Source of the DNA: Spongospora subterranea f. sp. subterranea
Lineage: Eukaryota
Assembly: GCA_049724395.1 (NCBI GenBank)
Contig: JAUGWO010000140.1
Span: forward strand, 1-64,000
Reading direction: 5' to 3'
DNA: 64,000 bases
The position numbers and the translations under genes were made by a program. The notes beneath the pieces are model-generated. The model ran no database searches. It was not told the origin of the DNA and worked only from the letters and a program-made list of their open reading frames with translations. Of the stretch, positions 37,836 to 51,034 are shown one piece after another. Positions within the stretch are counted from its first letter, which is position 1; each line of letters begins with the position of its first letter.

Positions 37836-40265
37836 ATGCCGCTCAGTAATTTACCCAGAACTATGGTGGGTATATTCGCGGTGATGAGCTCCATCCTAAC
37901 CGTTGTCGTGCTAACGTCGCTGACATATTCCCCGTCCCTATTAACCTGGAAACTGTCCACCGATGACTCACTCCCAACTCAATCGGCGACCAGCGGGCGA
38001 TTGTTCCTTGGCGAACGGGTTCGCACATTCCCTTCTTCACAGATCAAGTTCTCATCGGGATGGGTTCCATCCGCTATCGTCCCAAACCGTCACCAATCCT
38101 GTAAATATTGGTCAGTCGTGACGACTATCTTCGATCCGTCGGATTCAGTTCGTCGCCAAGCGAACCTTGGACCGGATTGGTGTATTGTGGTTGTTGGAGA
38201 TCGTAAATCTCCTCCCGTATACCCGTTGACCGGATCTAGTCAGCTGGTTTACCTGGATGTGCCCGCCCAAGAGTCATACGCCCTTAGGTTTCCCGAGTTC
38301 ATCAACGCGCTCTCGTGGAACCATTTTGGGAGGAAGAACGTCGGGTTCCTGTACGCGATCGAACAAGGGGCAAAATCGATATGGGATTTCGACGACGATA
38401 ATCTACTGAAGGACGGTATCGATATAATCAATCCTGATGATGAGGTGATCGTTGAGGTAGACGTTCCAGAGCAGGACGGGTTTCCGACCTACAATCCCTA
38501 TATTCACTTCGGGGCGCCACATTTCCCATCGTGGCCTCGTGGGATTCCGTTAACCCACATCAAGGAGCCCGGCAGCTACAACGCCACCATGACACGCTCC
38601 AAGGTTCGTGGCGCCGATATCGGTCTCATCCAATCCCTGGCCGATCACGACCCCGATATGGACGCCATCTATCGTCTTGTTCAACCGCTTCCGTTCACAT
38701 TCCAGACCTCCAGTTCAGCCCCGATTGTCGTACTACCGCCAAACACCCTGGCCCCCTTGAACGCTCAAGCCTGTCTCTTCAAGCGATCGGCGTTCTGGAT
38801 GTTGTTGTTGCCGATAACGGTGCACGGTCGTGTATCCGATATCTGGCGAGGATATGCTGGGCAAAGGCTGTTGTCAGATATCGGTCTCGTGGCCTCCTTC
38901 TCCCCACCCATCGTTGACCAGTTCCGAAACCCACACAATTACCTGGCCGATTTCGATTCTGAGATACCGCTCTATACTCGATCGGGCGCAATGATCGACT
39001 ACCTTCGTGGATTCGATCAGGCGTCCGACTCCTTACCCGAACGAATGGAGCAGGTCTCAATTGGGTTATATGAGCGAGGGTATATCGAGATCGGCGACGT
39101 CTATCTGATGCAATTCTGGATCCAAGCATTGGATGGTGTCGGATATGAATTCCCCAAATTATCGTATCGGAATCCGTTATCATCGATAAATGATTGGCCA
39201 GATATGGAGTTCTTCCTCCCTATTCCCCCTATCGAGTCAAGCTTGCAGGAATTCCATTCAAGACTCTTCTGGTCGTTCCGGTTTTTCTTCCCAAAACCGC
39301 ACCTGAACCTCATGATGATCTCCGATTCCGAACACGCCGACGCGAAGGCGTTCGGGGCCCGATTGGAATCCGAAGTCGCTCCGCACGTCAATCGCCTGAA
39401 GGTTGTGTGGAATGAGATGGCCTTCCCCCAATCTGGCCACAATCGCCAACAATGGACCATGTTCTGGGCCGATAACTACACGTCCTCAGAATACGTGGCG
39501 TTCATTGACACCGATACGGTGTTCACTGGAGCCGTGTTGCCAACCGATATATTCCATGGCGATAAACCTCGTGTTGTTGGCGTATACGGTGAGCCCTATA
39601 ATTCGTTCTGGGACGCCGTTCCTCGGTCCACGTTCTTCGGGACTGGAATCAAAGAACGGTTCAAAGCGATGACGTATTTCCCGGTTGTGATCAAGACGGC
39701 GCATTTGAAGCTAATTCGCGATCACATTCAGGCGCATTTGGGCACGAATTGCTTCGACCAGGCGTTGGCCATGATCCAGGGTAATGGGGCGTGGTCGCAG
39801 TTCAATATCATGCTCAATATCCTCTATGAATTACGCCACGATCAATACGAATGGCATATTCGCGATCGGAATCCGGCGTGGACCGGTCCGGTTCCCCAAG
39901 GCCAGATCACCAGCCCCAATGGGAGTATCTTGCCGGAAGAGATGAACAATCCAATCCCCAGTCCGGCGATACATTGGACGTGGGAGAAATTCGGCAAACT
40001 ACCTCCAGGCGAAAGCGAGCAGGTTTACGTGAATGTAATGAGGCAAGGATATTGCTATAGTCTCAAGACGACGGCGACCAAGCCGTCAATCTGCCATCAG
40101 TTTCATCCCGACGAAACGGTGAACGGATACGAATGGCTGTTCGAGGGCGACGATTGGTCGCAGCGGCCGGGAGTTCTCGAAGCGCATATGAAAAGGCGCC
40201 AATACATCAATCTGGGCCCAAGTCACGACTGGGATCAGCACCTATTGCAGCGAGTATTAGCTTAA
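37836..40265 (+). CDS. Intronless type II membrane STELLO-like (DUF288) glycosyltransferase with a second putative GT-A domain
   Basis: N-terminal TM segment; VVTTIF, VGDRKSP, WNHFGRKNVGFLYAI, DFDDDN, WPRGIPL, DPDMDAIYRL, RVSDIWRGY, QFRNPHNYLADF; C-terminal QQWTMFWADNY..YVAFIDTD. Confidence 0.85.
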   Translation: MPLSNLPRTMVGIFAVMSSILTVVVLTSLTYSPSLLTWKLSTDDSLPTQSATSGRLFLGERVRTFPSSQIKFSSGWVPSAIVPNRHQSCKYWSVVTTIFDPSDSVRRQANLGPDWCIVVVGDRKSPPVYPLTGSSQLVYLDVPAQESYALRFPEFINALSWNHFGRKNVGFLYAIEQGAKSIWDFDDDNLLKDGIDIINPDDEVIVEVDVPEQDGFPTYNPYIHFGAPHFPSWPRGIPLTHIKEPGSYNATMTRSKVRGADIGLIQSLADHDPDMDAIYRLVQPLPFTFQTSSSAPIVVLPPNTLAPLNAQACLFKRSAFWMLLLPITVHGRVSDIWRGYAGQRLLSDIGLVASFSPPIVDQFRNPHNYLADFDSEIPLYTRSGAMIDYLRGFDQASDSLPERMEQVSIGLYERGYIEIGDVYLMQFWIQALDGVGYEFPKLSYRNPLSSINDWPDMEFFLPIPPIESSLQEFHSRLFWSFRFFFPKPHLNLMMISDSEHADAKAFGARLESEVAPHVNRLKVVWNEMAFPQSGHNRQQWTMFWADNYTSSEYVAFIDTDTVFTGAVLPTDIFHGDKPRVVGVYGEPYNSFWDAVPRSTFFGTGIKERFKAMTYFPVVIKTAHLKLIRDHIQAHLGTNCFDQALAMIQGNGAWSQFNIMLNILYELRHDQYEWHIRDRNPAWTGPVPQGQITSPNGSILPEEMNNPIPSPAIHWTWEKFGKLPPGESEQVYVNVMRQGYCYSLKTTATKPSICHQFHPDETVNGYEWLFEGDDWSQRPGVLEAHMKRRQYINLGPSHDWDQHLLQRVLA

Positions 40266-40409
40266 ATAAATAATGTCAAATCCCCATGTGTTGATAAAAG
40301 CGCCCTGGATGAAAATGCCACAAAAAAAGAATGCGTTTTTATAACTGGATGTCGAGTGAATGAAATCGATTTGGTACCCGCAAATCAGCAGATCCCGTTT
40401 AGAGTCAAT

Positions 40410-41116
40410 ATGTTGGCCAATATCGCCATCGTTGGCGTCACGGTTTTGCTAAGTGCGATCTTGGGCAATCCAGTGAATTTCCAGTCGTGTTCAACAAGTC
40501 AAGCGGACGACGATACGCGACTCGTTGTCAATAGCGTATGTTTTCCAGAGAACCGCACGAACCGATTCCAAAACCCATTCGAAAACTGAATCGTCAAAAT
40601 TTAGCTCGACATTTCTCCATGGCCCATCAAACACGGAAATGACGCGATTGCCAGGTTCAATATCAACCTGAAGGAGCGACTAGAACACGGCTCCAGCTAT
40701 GACGTCCAGGTGCCGGTTTTCGCCGAATCCGTTGAGGTTTATGGTGTTGACGAATTCTGTGGCCTAATAGGTTCGATATCGGGGCTATCTGGTCGCTCAT
40801 CAAGCTGGGGATCTGTGCACTCTTGATCCGCATCTGTCCTGCCCTAAAGATCCTGACGCCAACGCCGACCTGGAATATCGATTCACGATGCCCAATATCC
40901 CGTTCTCGGGCGATATGGAACTGACCATTCAGATACGGGATCAATCTAAGCAAGAATGTAATGTGGCTGTTTGTGACACTGCATCCGCCAAAGCTAACCC
41001 GAACGACCCTAGTATGCTGCTTAGGATTCCCGGTCAAACTGGCTGCCAAGGACGTCGATGAAGAAGCCACAATCGACAACGTCGCAGAAGGAATCGAGAG
41101 TCTCTTCATTCAGTAG
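40410..41116 (+). CDS. Secreted ML-domain (NPC2-like) protein, paralog 2, spliced
   Basis: Signal peptide; FQSCS; LDISPWPIKHG; GDLCTLDPHLSCPKDPDAN; CCLGFPVKL. Confidence 0.75.
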
Positions 41117-41180
41117 TGTTTCGGGGCAATTTCCAAGTAGATCTAATAAAATTGTTGTTTGCAAATGTGCTGATGATGAA

Positions 41181-42876
41181 TCAAACCGCAATCATCCGTC
41201 CGACCGTCTCAACCGCATCGGCATCATCAACGCTAACTTGTTCGCCCGTTGCCATCTTTTTCACCGTCACCCGGTTGTGTTTGATCTCATCGCTGCCGAT
41301 CACGATGGTGACAATGGCCCCAGTTTTGTTCGCCCAACGGAACTTGGCTGACGCTGACGACGCGGTTAGACGTTGTACAACTGATATGCCTTCACAAGAC
41401 GAATAAATTGGGACCCCATCTTCAACTTTGGAAAAATGCAATCCAACCTTGATTACGAAGTCGTTGGCATATCCGTAAACTAGCTTGAGCGACGCCAGGA
41501 AAATCTAGAGCAACTACGGCGACTTGAACAGGATCTTCTTCTACCTGATGAATGCGGTTGAAACAAGAGGAAAATAGGATATAATGATCTGAACCTGTAG
41601 ATGAAGCTCGTGATGTAATAAGGAGAGACGATCAATTCCCGCTGCCCAACCAACGCCCGGCAAACTGATATTGCTGAACGATGAACCCAGATCGTTATAC
41701 CTGATATTCGAAATTTCACCTGAGATTGCACAGTGGAAACGGACTCAAAATTACCGTCCCCCAGCTAGAATCGTGCTCTGCTGTTTTCCTAAACTGGAGC
41801 TGTTATCGGCAATGAACTCGAACGCGGTCTCCGAATAATAATCCAGTCCACGAACCAGATGAGGGTCGTGTTGATAACTAATTCCCAGCTCTTTTAGACC
41901 CGACAGAACACTGGCCCACCAATCCGAGCTCGATTTCGATAAATATTCCTGTAAAAGTCACTTGAGAGACCGCAATTCTGATCGTTTACAAATAGGACAG
42001 CAACAAACCTGTAATGATGGAGAGTTTTTCAATATTTCCCGATCGCCTTCATCTTTAGAATCCAGAATTCGAAACGCATTACCGCTTTTTAGCCGTTCTG
42101 AACTTTGAGGTGATAGTCGAGTGCTGAACGGTTGTAGATATTCAACAAGAGCCTTATTGAACGCTGACAGAACGGGTCAATGTTCAATCGCCAAATGTAG
42201 ATCTGGGGATGGAGAGTTTATTGTACCTGTTCGCGCCTCACGATCGCCTAACGAGTTGATCGATAATCGCGTCTGATCCAGTAGACCGATATCGCTGAGC
42301 GATCGACAGGCCATCTCGATCACCTCGATATCGGCATATGGGGTCGATTCACCAACCGACTCAATACCGAATTGATTGAACTGTCTGAACCGCCCTGAAC
42401 GGTGATATAAGTTCAACAAGAGCAAACACAACGAAAACGGTTCAATTATAAGACACCTGCTTGAGGTCTTTCGTGTCTGAACATTGGACCACAATACCAT
42501 AACTTTCGAAATCGATTGGGTAATTTTCCTTTCACCATTTCATTCGATAAACACCTCACTAACCCAGCGGTTCCCTGTTTTAGATCAGGGGCCAGTCTGA
42601 GAATCATGCAGTTCGTGTGTCGAATATTTCAAACGGAACCTCAGGTCGAAGGCAAAGCGGATCGTGGTCGTCGTTGTTGACGGAGAACAGCTCTTTCAGC
42701 GAGGCGTGATCGCGATCATCGCTGGGTCGGTCGAATACCTCCCGTCTCTCGACGATGGGTAATCTCACCTCCCGATAGGAATATAATCGCGCCATCGACG
42801 ATAGACGCCCCTCAATGTGCGATAGCTGTCGGGCCAACGGTGGCAGAACATCTCGAAACCCTCGAGCTGGGTTCAT
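41181..42876 (-). CDS. hisS: Histidyl-tRNA synthetase, bacterial/organellar type, spliced
   Basis: [53 protein letters not shown]-terminal anticodon domain. Confidence 0.92.
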
Positions 42877-43229
42877 GGGATCCCAACCCACAAATATCAA
42901 TCACTTCTCCGGCATTTCTCCAATGATCCAACAACAAGATACTCTGTCCGTTGATTGATTTTTCCGAATGTCAAATCTGTTTGTTGTTGTTATTAGGATT
43001 GATTGGGATTGGTGTAAATGGCCCTAATATAGGTCGACAGAAGACTTGATGGGAATTGACCAATATCAATGATTGGAGAGTGGCATTAGCGGTAGAGAGT
43101 GCTATTGGGACGATGATGGCGCCATTCATTAGATGGAGTCTAAGGTGGGCGATGAACGGTGAATATGTATACGCCGGCTGCGACGCTGGCTTGAACTAGT
43201 ATCGAGGGCCTCATATTACATATCGATAA

Positions 43230-44634
43230 TGCATTGATTCCTTCAGATGGATTACAAGTCCGACACTCGTAAATCTGTTGCCAAAATCAGAAAAATCAGT
43301 TTAACCCCATGCTGTTAATCAATATTGTAAACCTGGGAGAGGTCCTCGACTTTATACACAGTTTTCAGCAAGAATTCCACATTAGAAATTTCGTCAAATA
43401 TTCCTTCCCGAATCCGTCTCATTTTCAATAAAGTTCTTCTGCGAGGACTGATCCCATATCCAACTATAATATGGCTCGAGCTCGGAGAGAAGCACAGAGA
43501 TGTGGCAAATTCGACCTAAAACAGTATCAGGTCAGGTTGTAGAACAGTGCATGGACCAAACCTCAGGCAAGGGACAGCTACGAATCTCAACTCCCAACGT
43601 TGACGAATCGAGAGACAGTATAGATAGACGTGCCCCAGTGTTTGTTACTCGACAGCATGCGATTAAATCGCCACGATTATTGACGGCAACACCTGCTTCA
43701 GTATATAATAGTATACCATGGATATCGTGATAGGCGCCTAGTTCGAAAACATTGGTTATTGCCCCAACTGTGATATACGTCTCACATACTTTCGAGAGTG
43801 TTTGTATCGAAGCTCCATCTCATAATGCGAACAGTATACAAGCGCTTTTCTGGCACTTTTAAAGCAATTAAGATCCGCTGGCCAACAGAACGAGCGAACA
43901 GAATCTGCGAGCTGGTGCTGAATATGGTTGATGTTGAGTTGCGGCGATATCTCCAATGCAGCACTTTATTGGTTGAGGTGACTTATTAGCTGGTCATAAT
44001 TCCCAAGAAATGATAACGATCGAATGGGTCCTAAATTGATTCTAAGCCAACCAGATCATCGTATAGTGAGGATGAGGAAAACAGAGCGTGCTAATGACCT
44101 GGGCATTGCAATTTATAGATCGGAGAGCGTGTTCGAGTATCCCATAAAATAACGAGACCAGATAGACACCCACTAGCTAGAAACCCTTGGCCAAACACCA
44201 ACGACCAACAAGTACGGCTATGCTGTTGAAGCGAATACACATGTTTGGGAGCTCCATCAGTTGTGCTGAATAATCTGATCGTGTGGTCTTTCAAGCTAAT
44301 GGCGACCTCATTTGAATAATCGGACACTGCAATGGCCACGGCGGCGTTGCCGAAACTGAAATGGGTGCACGATCCATGGGTGAACAGCAATCGCTCTTCC
44401 AGTGCGACCATAAATCGCTCCGACCGCCTTTCTCCACTTAATAGCACCGACAGCATTATCACCAACGAAAAAACCTGACTAACGCCAGCCAAATATTGGG
44501 TACTGACCTAGTTCAAATATCGCCGTCTCCGTGAGATAATTGAATAATGGCAGTGGGCTCCCGCCCGCGGCTCCTACCTTTCTGGGGTTCTTCTTCATCC
44601 ACCAATGTCCCGAGCTTACCCGGCCCATACCCAT
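43230..44634 (-). CDS. WD40 protein, AMBRA1-like; spliced, boundaries uncertain
   Basis: DHTIRLF..HSRTCWSLVF..LASGCLSGLVILWD; ILLYTEAGVAV; ATSLCFSP. Confidence 0.55.
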
Positions 44635-45396
44635 CCTGAACCTGAAAATTTCGGTCACGATCAAAACGGAGCTCCCAAAAATTGCCGCAGTTGGCCCTTG
44701 AATTGAAATTTTTTGAGGATATGTGGAATACGTATAAAAATATAATAGAAATAACAAACAATGCGAATACTTACGGTGCAAATAACATGTTTTTTAATCG
44801 ACTGATGGATATGCAGTTGAAGGGTTCAGGGACGGTTGCGGTGATGGAAATTCAATTGTCTCTTATTCTACGACATCGAAACGATTGGACAGCAACAAGA
44901 AACGGGATTATGAACCAAATTCGAGCCCACTCAGTAGACTGTCGAAATGGTTCAATACGAGTTTTTGGATATCAAAGATCAAGTCGATTTTCACGCGCGG
45001 TTAGTTGAAAATAGGTTTGGCGAACCAGTCGACGTTCATTGTTCCTCAAGCGATTGCTGATATATACCAAAAAGTTTGTGCAGAGGTGTTGAACCATCCT
45101 AATATCACAACGCTGAACATCGCCGGAATTGCCGGAACTAGATTCAACCATCCAAGAGATATCGCGACGCTTAACATCGCCATCCAAGAGCTCGTATTGG
45201 TACAATCATCTTTGTCCCATAACAGTCCGAACGATATCGACTGTTTTACTGAATGAGCTCGCAGTCGGATCATATTTAAATGAGACCTTTCGCGTTTCAC
45301 TAATCATCAGTCATGTTATCGATATTCGACTACTGGCGCAACCTGTTTTGTTTCTGACCCTATTCATTGAGGGAAAATATCGAAATGTTACGTGAT

Positions 45397-45472
45397 TGGA
45401 GTTGTTTATTTGATTTCCGATGGAGTTGTTTATTTGATTTCCGATGGAGTTGTTTATTTGATTTCCGATGGA
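45397..45472. repeat. 24-bp tandem repeat x3 (tggagttgtttatttgatttccga)
   Basis: Three exact copies. Confidence 0.9.
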
Positions 45473-45488
45473 ATGGCGTGATAAAAAT

Positions 45489-47874
45489 ATGGCAATCTCC
45501 CTTGCTCATGGCTTCGAACTTGAGCCGTATCTTAACCTCGGTGGTTCAGCAGAACGTTTCGAAGGTCTGGTCACGGAAACGGCTCCAGCCGAGAGGTTTC
45601 CGCTAGCATTGTAGTTCACGTTAATATAGTTCTGAGTTGATCATATTAGAATTAATAGCACGGCTTGGCTTGTTTCTGCTTATGATCCTGGAAGTAAACG
45701 TCATTTTCTGCTTGAGGGCGTCCATGAAGATCATGGAGGGCACCACAACATTGCAGCAACGGAGCACCTGATGAATATGTTATCAAGAGAAGAGACATCA
45801 TCGCCTGCGTGCTTGGGATCACTTAAGAAAGACAGCTTCCACTATGTTCGTAATTTCGATGACATTCAGACTGAGGCTGTAAGCGTGAGTTTTTCAATTT
45901 TTTTCAGGCCATCATCGACATCAGCGGGATAAGGCTTACGTCACTAGTAGAAATGGGCACTCCAAAGTTCAAGGAAGAAGAAATCTCCTGTATTGTTTCA
46001 GATATCCTTTACAGTTTAGCAGCGCTCCATCGACTCCAGTTGATGCATCGTCATGTTAAATGCGATTACGTATATGTCGATAAATCCGGAAAGTCGTTTT
46101 TGCTTGGTTACACAGATGCAGCGTTGCAGTTAAGTTCCATCTCACGGGACCCAATCAATGCATCAAAATTCGATCATGCTATCGATGTAGAGCTGCTGGG
46201 AGTAATGCTTCTTCACATGGTGTTGGGATATCAGCCACAGCCTCCGCACTCAAATGTTGTTCACACTATCATACACTAAATTTAAACCTGACCCTATTTT
46301 TTAGACGCTGTTGTCGCTTTTCAAATCGTCGAGCTTGAATCAGCATTCGGCTGCCAAATTAGATTTCATTCAGCTCTGCTTAACATTTCCGAACGCCCCA
46401 CAAGTAGAAGAACTGCAACAGGTAGACTTCCCTCCACCTGTTTTTCCAACGTGCCCTTCTCAGTCCTTTAAAACTGCAGCACGCCTTCGTGTCCATGAGG
46501 TTGCCACAGCTTGATCTTCAGCGCTTTCACCTGTATTTTGACAGGGGACCTCAAAGCAGTGATGTAGATGAATATCAAGGAAATTTGCGAAGTGATCAAA
46601 CTCATATGCTCCCAAACTGCATGGCCATACAACAAGTCAATCAAAGGACCTCTTCCAAAGAGTCTCAGCGATCAGATGCTGGCGCCAAGATTTTATTCCG
46701 CCCGGGTAGTGCCATAAAAGAGTCTTATCAACAGGCAGAAGATGTTCTTCGCAATATCCATGCGCTGTGGCCAGGACTGTTGTCCCAGGAGGAACAAGAA
46801 ACTGTTCAGTTAGAATCACGTAAGCAAGCTCGTGAGGATTTAGCGCTGATACTATCAACTGGTGATGAATCAAGGCGACTGGACCAATTTACTGAGCAGA
46901 AACTGGTGTCTGAAGTTGTTCCTTGTTACAGTAGCGACAGGCCTGCATCTGTCAAGGCAGCCACGCAAGATGTGGGCACGACAGTGACCTCACATACATC
47001 TTCAAAAAAGTTTACCTACAGCAGTTCGGAAACTTTACGACCAGAGCGTGACGTTTCAGTCCCTTGTTTGCGAGCTTCACCCTACAACGAAACCAAAACA
47101 GCACCGCAATCATGGGAGCGGGTGCTCAAGTCTCAGCCAGCACGGACGAATTACTGCCCTGAAGACCCAGCTGGAAAATTGTTCAGTCGCTGTACAAGAG
47201 CTATTTCTAAATGGGAAAGAAAACTTGAGAAGTTCAAATCGGAAATGATGAAAGAGCAGTGCAATGAAGCCAGCCCAAGCCGACCGTCGTGTCTTGGAGA
47301 TTCGTCGCACTCTGGATTTCATGATGATGTTAATGCAGCCAAATCTAACGTCAAGTTACAGAGAGCACAGCAAGAATCCCCATCAATTACTCCATTGAGA
47401 TCATGCTCAAAACCACCGAATCGCGGATTCTGTCACAATCCCCCACAAGGTCCAATTCAAAAAATGCGTCACGAATCTTCAATATTTACACCATGGAGAA
47501 AACATGTCTTTCAAAATCAAAACAATCGCACTCACGAGGAAGAAGGTTTCCTTCGAGGTCGCGATTTATTGGTGCATTCGTTACAGGAATTAAGGGTAGA
47601 TACGTCAGGTCTTGAAAACCGCATTTCAATTGCAGAACCTGAGCCCATAGTCAATCAATTGGAATGTTCAATGGACAAACCACATCATCATAGTTCCCCG
47701 CCATCAAATCAAGACAATGAAGAGCACCACAGTAGCAGTCCTGCTACAACCAACCCAAATGCTATCCCGGAAAGGCTTGTGCAACCGTTTCGACGTGCTC
47801 GGCAACTAGAACCGTTTCGAGATCGTCTGAGGCGATGTCTTGACGTAATTGATTTCCCAATCAACCCGATGTAG
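45489..47874 (+). CDS. Protein-kinase-fold protein, probable pseudokinase, with a long low-complexity C-terminus; spliced
   Basis: FKEEEISCIVSDILYSLAALHRLQLMHRHVKCDYVYVD; DVELLGVMLLHM..G.QP; LDFIQLCL. HRD Asp and DFG are absent. Confidence 0.65.
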
Positions 47875-48279
47875 GCTACAGTAGTGTAGCCGCACCGAGA
47901 TTCACCTTGTGTTCATGTTTCATATCACCAGTGCACTATCTTGGTGTAGGATAGACGACAGCCTATCATGTTACTTACGAAAATCAAGGGGATCGTATAT
48001 ATATATATATATGAATCATGAACCCATCATCTCCTATAACTTATACCGTAACATTCCTCATTCGTCTCATTCTCCATTCGTTTTGTGGCAAGGAGTATTG
48101 TGAGGCCTCAACGGACGGTGTTGTTATTTTTGGTTCTGCTAAGTCGGGTTGTCGACTACTGCAGTCGACGTTCCTCCCGGTCTCCATCAGCTGAACGCTG
48201 ACGTACAGTTTATTGCTCTGCTCACAGTAGACGACGCAACCGTATTATATATTCGAGCTTCGTAGTTTGTACATGTTCA

Positions 48280-49238
48280 ATGCCTGTCTCAACGTCTTCG
48301 CTGCATTACTCGAACATAAACGAGTTTGCACAAAAGTTCTCGAGATTACAGGATGACAATGACGCTTTAAGGCGGCAGTTGAGTGAAGAGCGGCATGCAA
48401 GGGCTTCAGCCCAAGCCATGCTTTCTCATTTACTTGACCAGGTCCAGGCTGAAGGGGTCGATGTTATACATTTAGCCCCTGACACCTCTGCGTATGTCCA
48501 ATCTGCCGATATTCGCGTGTTTGCAGAACGTAAGAGTACAGGTCGGGTGACAATGTACTGCTTAGTTTAAACTTAGGATCGGTTCGATTCTGTGAGCAAA
48601 TGAAAGATTTTGCTTCACATATCCTTACCTTCTGCCCAATCCCACTGAAACAGGATATTGAAAATTTTGAAGCAGTACCCTTACAGAGTGATTGTCACTT
48701 GTCGATCTGCAACGGAGCCGAAGACGAGGAAAATTTTTCAAGTACAGAGAGACGTGTCGGTGGTAAACCGTTAGAGGCCCAAAAGGTATGACAAACAATG
48801 TTTGCCATTATGAGGCATTTGGTCAAATCCATTTTGAAGGACCTTTTTGAGCGGAGGCGACGTATGTCAACTCCAGAACCAGGCGAATATCGTGAATACT
48901 TAGATTCGCGTCCTAGCGAAATTACCAGCCACTGGAAGAGGGGGAAGGCGGATTACATTGAGGTCAGCCGTCGACGGTCTTCTCGTAGTCGATCACTCAA
49001 ACAACGGCATAAAAGTCGCTTATCTGAGTCTTCGTCGCGATATGATGTCGATTCATCCCGTTATTATCCAGCCGTAAACTCATATATGGACATCTTATGT
49101 CCACGTTTTAATGAAGGGAAATGTCGGCTGGAACAATGCAACCGCCTCCACATTTGTAGTTTCTGCTCGTCTGAGAAACATTCCGTTCTTTCATGCCCCA
49201 GCTATAGTAGCTCGAAAAAAAGTAAAAATCGAAAATGA
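48280..49238 (+). CDS. Hypothetical protein: coiled coil, RS-rich segment, C-terminal CCCH + CCHC zinc fingers; spliced
   Basis: CPRFNEGKCRLEQCNRLHICSFCSSEKHSVLSC. Confidence 0.6.
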
Positions 49239-49426
49239 CCGATGAATTGCAAAATAAATCAGACTTAAATATGTTAGGGATTATCCGGTCAGATTTGTAA
49301 CTTTTATCATGGATTCAGTTGTCAATTCTTGTATTATTAGGGCAATTTGGGCATATAAAGATAATGCGCACGGACTTGCTCGGAGTTCCAGATCCCCTCC
49401 GTCGTCAAACATTGTCTACCGAAGCC

Positions 49427-49797
49427 ATGGTTGCCGCCCCTGCAGGAACCGTCCCAGGAATCGCCAAAGGTCTTGCCAAAGGCCACATCGTCACTAAGCG
49501 CGTTCTGCGTTCAAAGCCTTCCAACGGCAAGGGGAAATTGGGAGCTCGCACGGTTCTCGTCCGAGATGTTATCCGTTCCGTTGCCGGATTCGCTCCTTAT
49601 GAAAAGCGTATCATGGAGTTGATCAAGGGCGGTGGTGTCAACTCTCAGAAGCGTGCCATGCGATTCGCTAAAAAACGAGTAAGTAGCTAGAATTTTGTAC
49701 AAATACTTTGTTTACTGACCTCACCATTATTTAGCTTGGAACCCACAAGCGCGCCAAGGCCAAATTTTCCGAACTATCCGAATCCATGAACAAATAA
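49427..49797 (+). CDS. RPL36: 60S ribosomal protein L36 (eL36), intron 49679-49734
   Basis: GLAKGHIVT; VAGFAPYEKRIMEL; KRAMRFAKKR|LGTHKRAKAK. Confidence 0.97.
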
Positions 49798-50285
49798 TCA
49801 ATAAGTTCAAATACATCTGCTATATCTGTATTGGAGAAATAGAACACAGTCTGTGTTTTTGATAGAATTTCATTTTGTTTTTATGGTAATCCTTAGACGT
49901 CGAATGCTGCGGTCATATCACGTTGGTTATCATCAATATTGTACTGCCGAATGACGCTTTAACAATCGGCATGTGATTTTCCCACTTATATATTTTCATA
50001 CATACGTTGCTATAGCTTTCGCTTGCCTGCTTTATTTTTGAACCCCATCGTTTAAAATATATACTCTCTGGTTAACATAACTACAGAATTTCAATGATCT
50101 AGCGTAGACTTCTCAATCTATTGTACATTCGCCACAAAGCATTCCGCCGATGCTGTAAATTGATTGTAACATGCCGTTGGCCGTCTACACAATCACCGAC
50201 TGGCCAATATAGACCGTGGCGGCAATTGAGCCTCGTTACATCACTTGCCCAATTCGACATTCGCCATTGCCGATACACCATCTTG

Positions 50286-51034
50286 ATGGATGCTGTTGAC
50301 GTACACTGTGTGAATAATTCCACTTTTGGTGAGAAACCGCCTTTAAAAATCAAACGGGATGTTTCCCCTAAATCACGCCTTCAACAGGTCAGATCTAGTG
50401 CAAATTGTTATTCAAGGCCAAACTAACGAATACCGTCTCAGAAATATAGTGAATTTGGATTGCAGACAATAGTGGAAGCGATATTAGTTGTTCACCTTCA
50501 TGGTCATCTTCATGTATTATTGTTACAGGAAGGTCCATCCAGGTTTAAACTGTAATAACTTGATTCTATTATTTACTGGTTCTGGTAATCTAAACATGAT
50601 TATAGGCCAGGTGGCCGACTAAAGCCCAACGAAGACGAGGTCAATGGACTGAAAAGGAAGCTCGTTTCGAAATTATCAGCTGTTGATACGACTGCGGATT
50701 CTGGTATCGACTGGAAGGTAAATATACAGAATTTTTCACAGCTGCGAGCGTTAATTAGTTTCGCTAGATTGGACCACTTGTAGGTAGCTGGTGGAGACCA
50801 TCGTTCGATGAAGCTCTGTACCCTTACATTCCTCCACATGTCACTTATCCTAAAGAAGTTCGTCGCATATATTTTGTCCCATTACAGGAAAAATGTGCAT
50901 TTGCCGTTCCATCTAACCTGAAACTGCTTGCAGTTCCGTTATTTGATTTATATAATAATGCAGCGCAATATGGGCACCGGCTTGCGTGCATCCCTGAATT
51001 AATATCTCGTATATCTTTTAACACCTGCTCCTGA
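50286..51034 (+). CDS. NUDT21: Cleavage factor Im 25 kDa (CPSF5/NUDT21), spliced
   Basis: VEAILVVHLHGHLHVLLLQ; LPGGRLKPNEDEVNGLKRKL; WWRPSF...YPYIPPHVTYPKE; LLAVPLFDLYNN. Confidence 0.93.
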
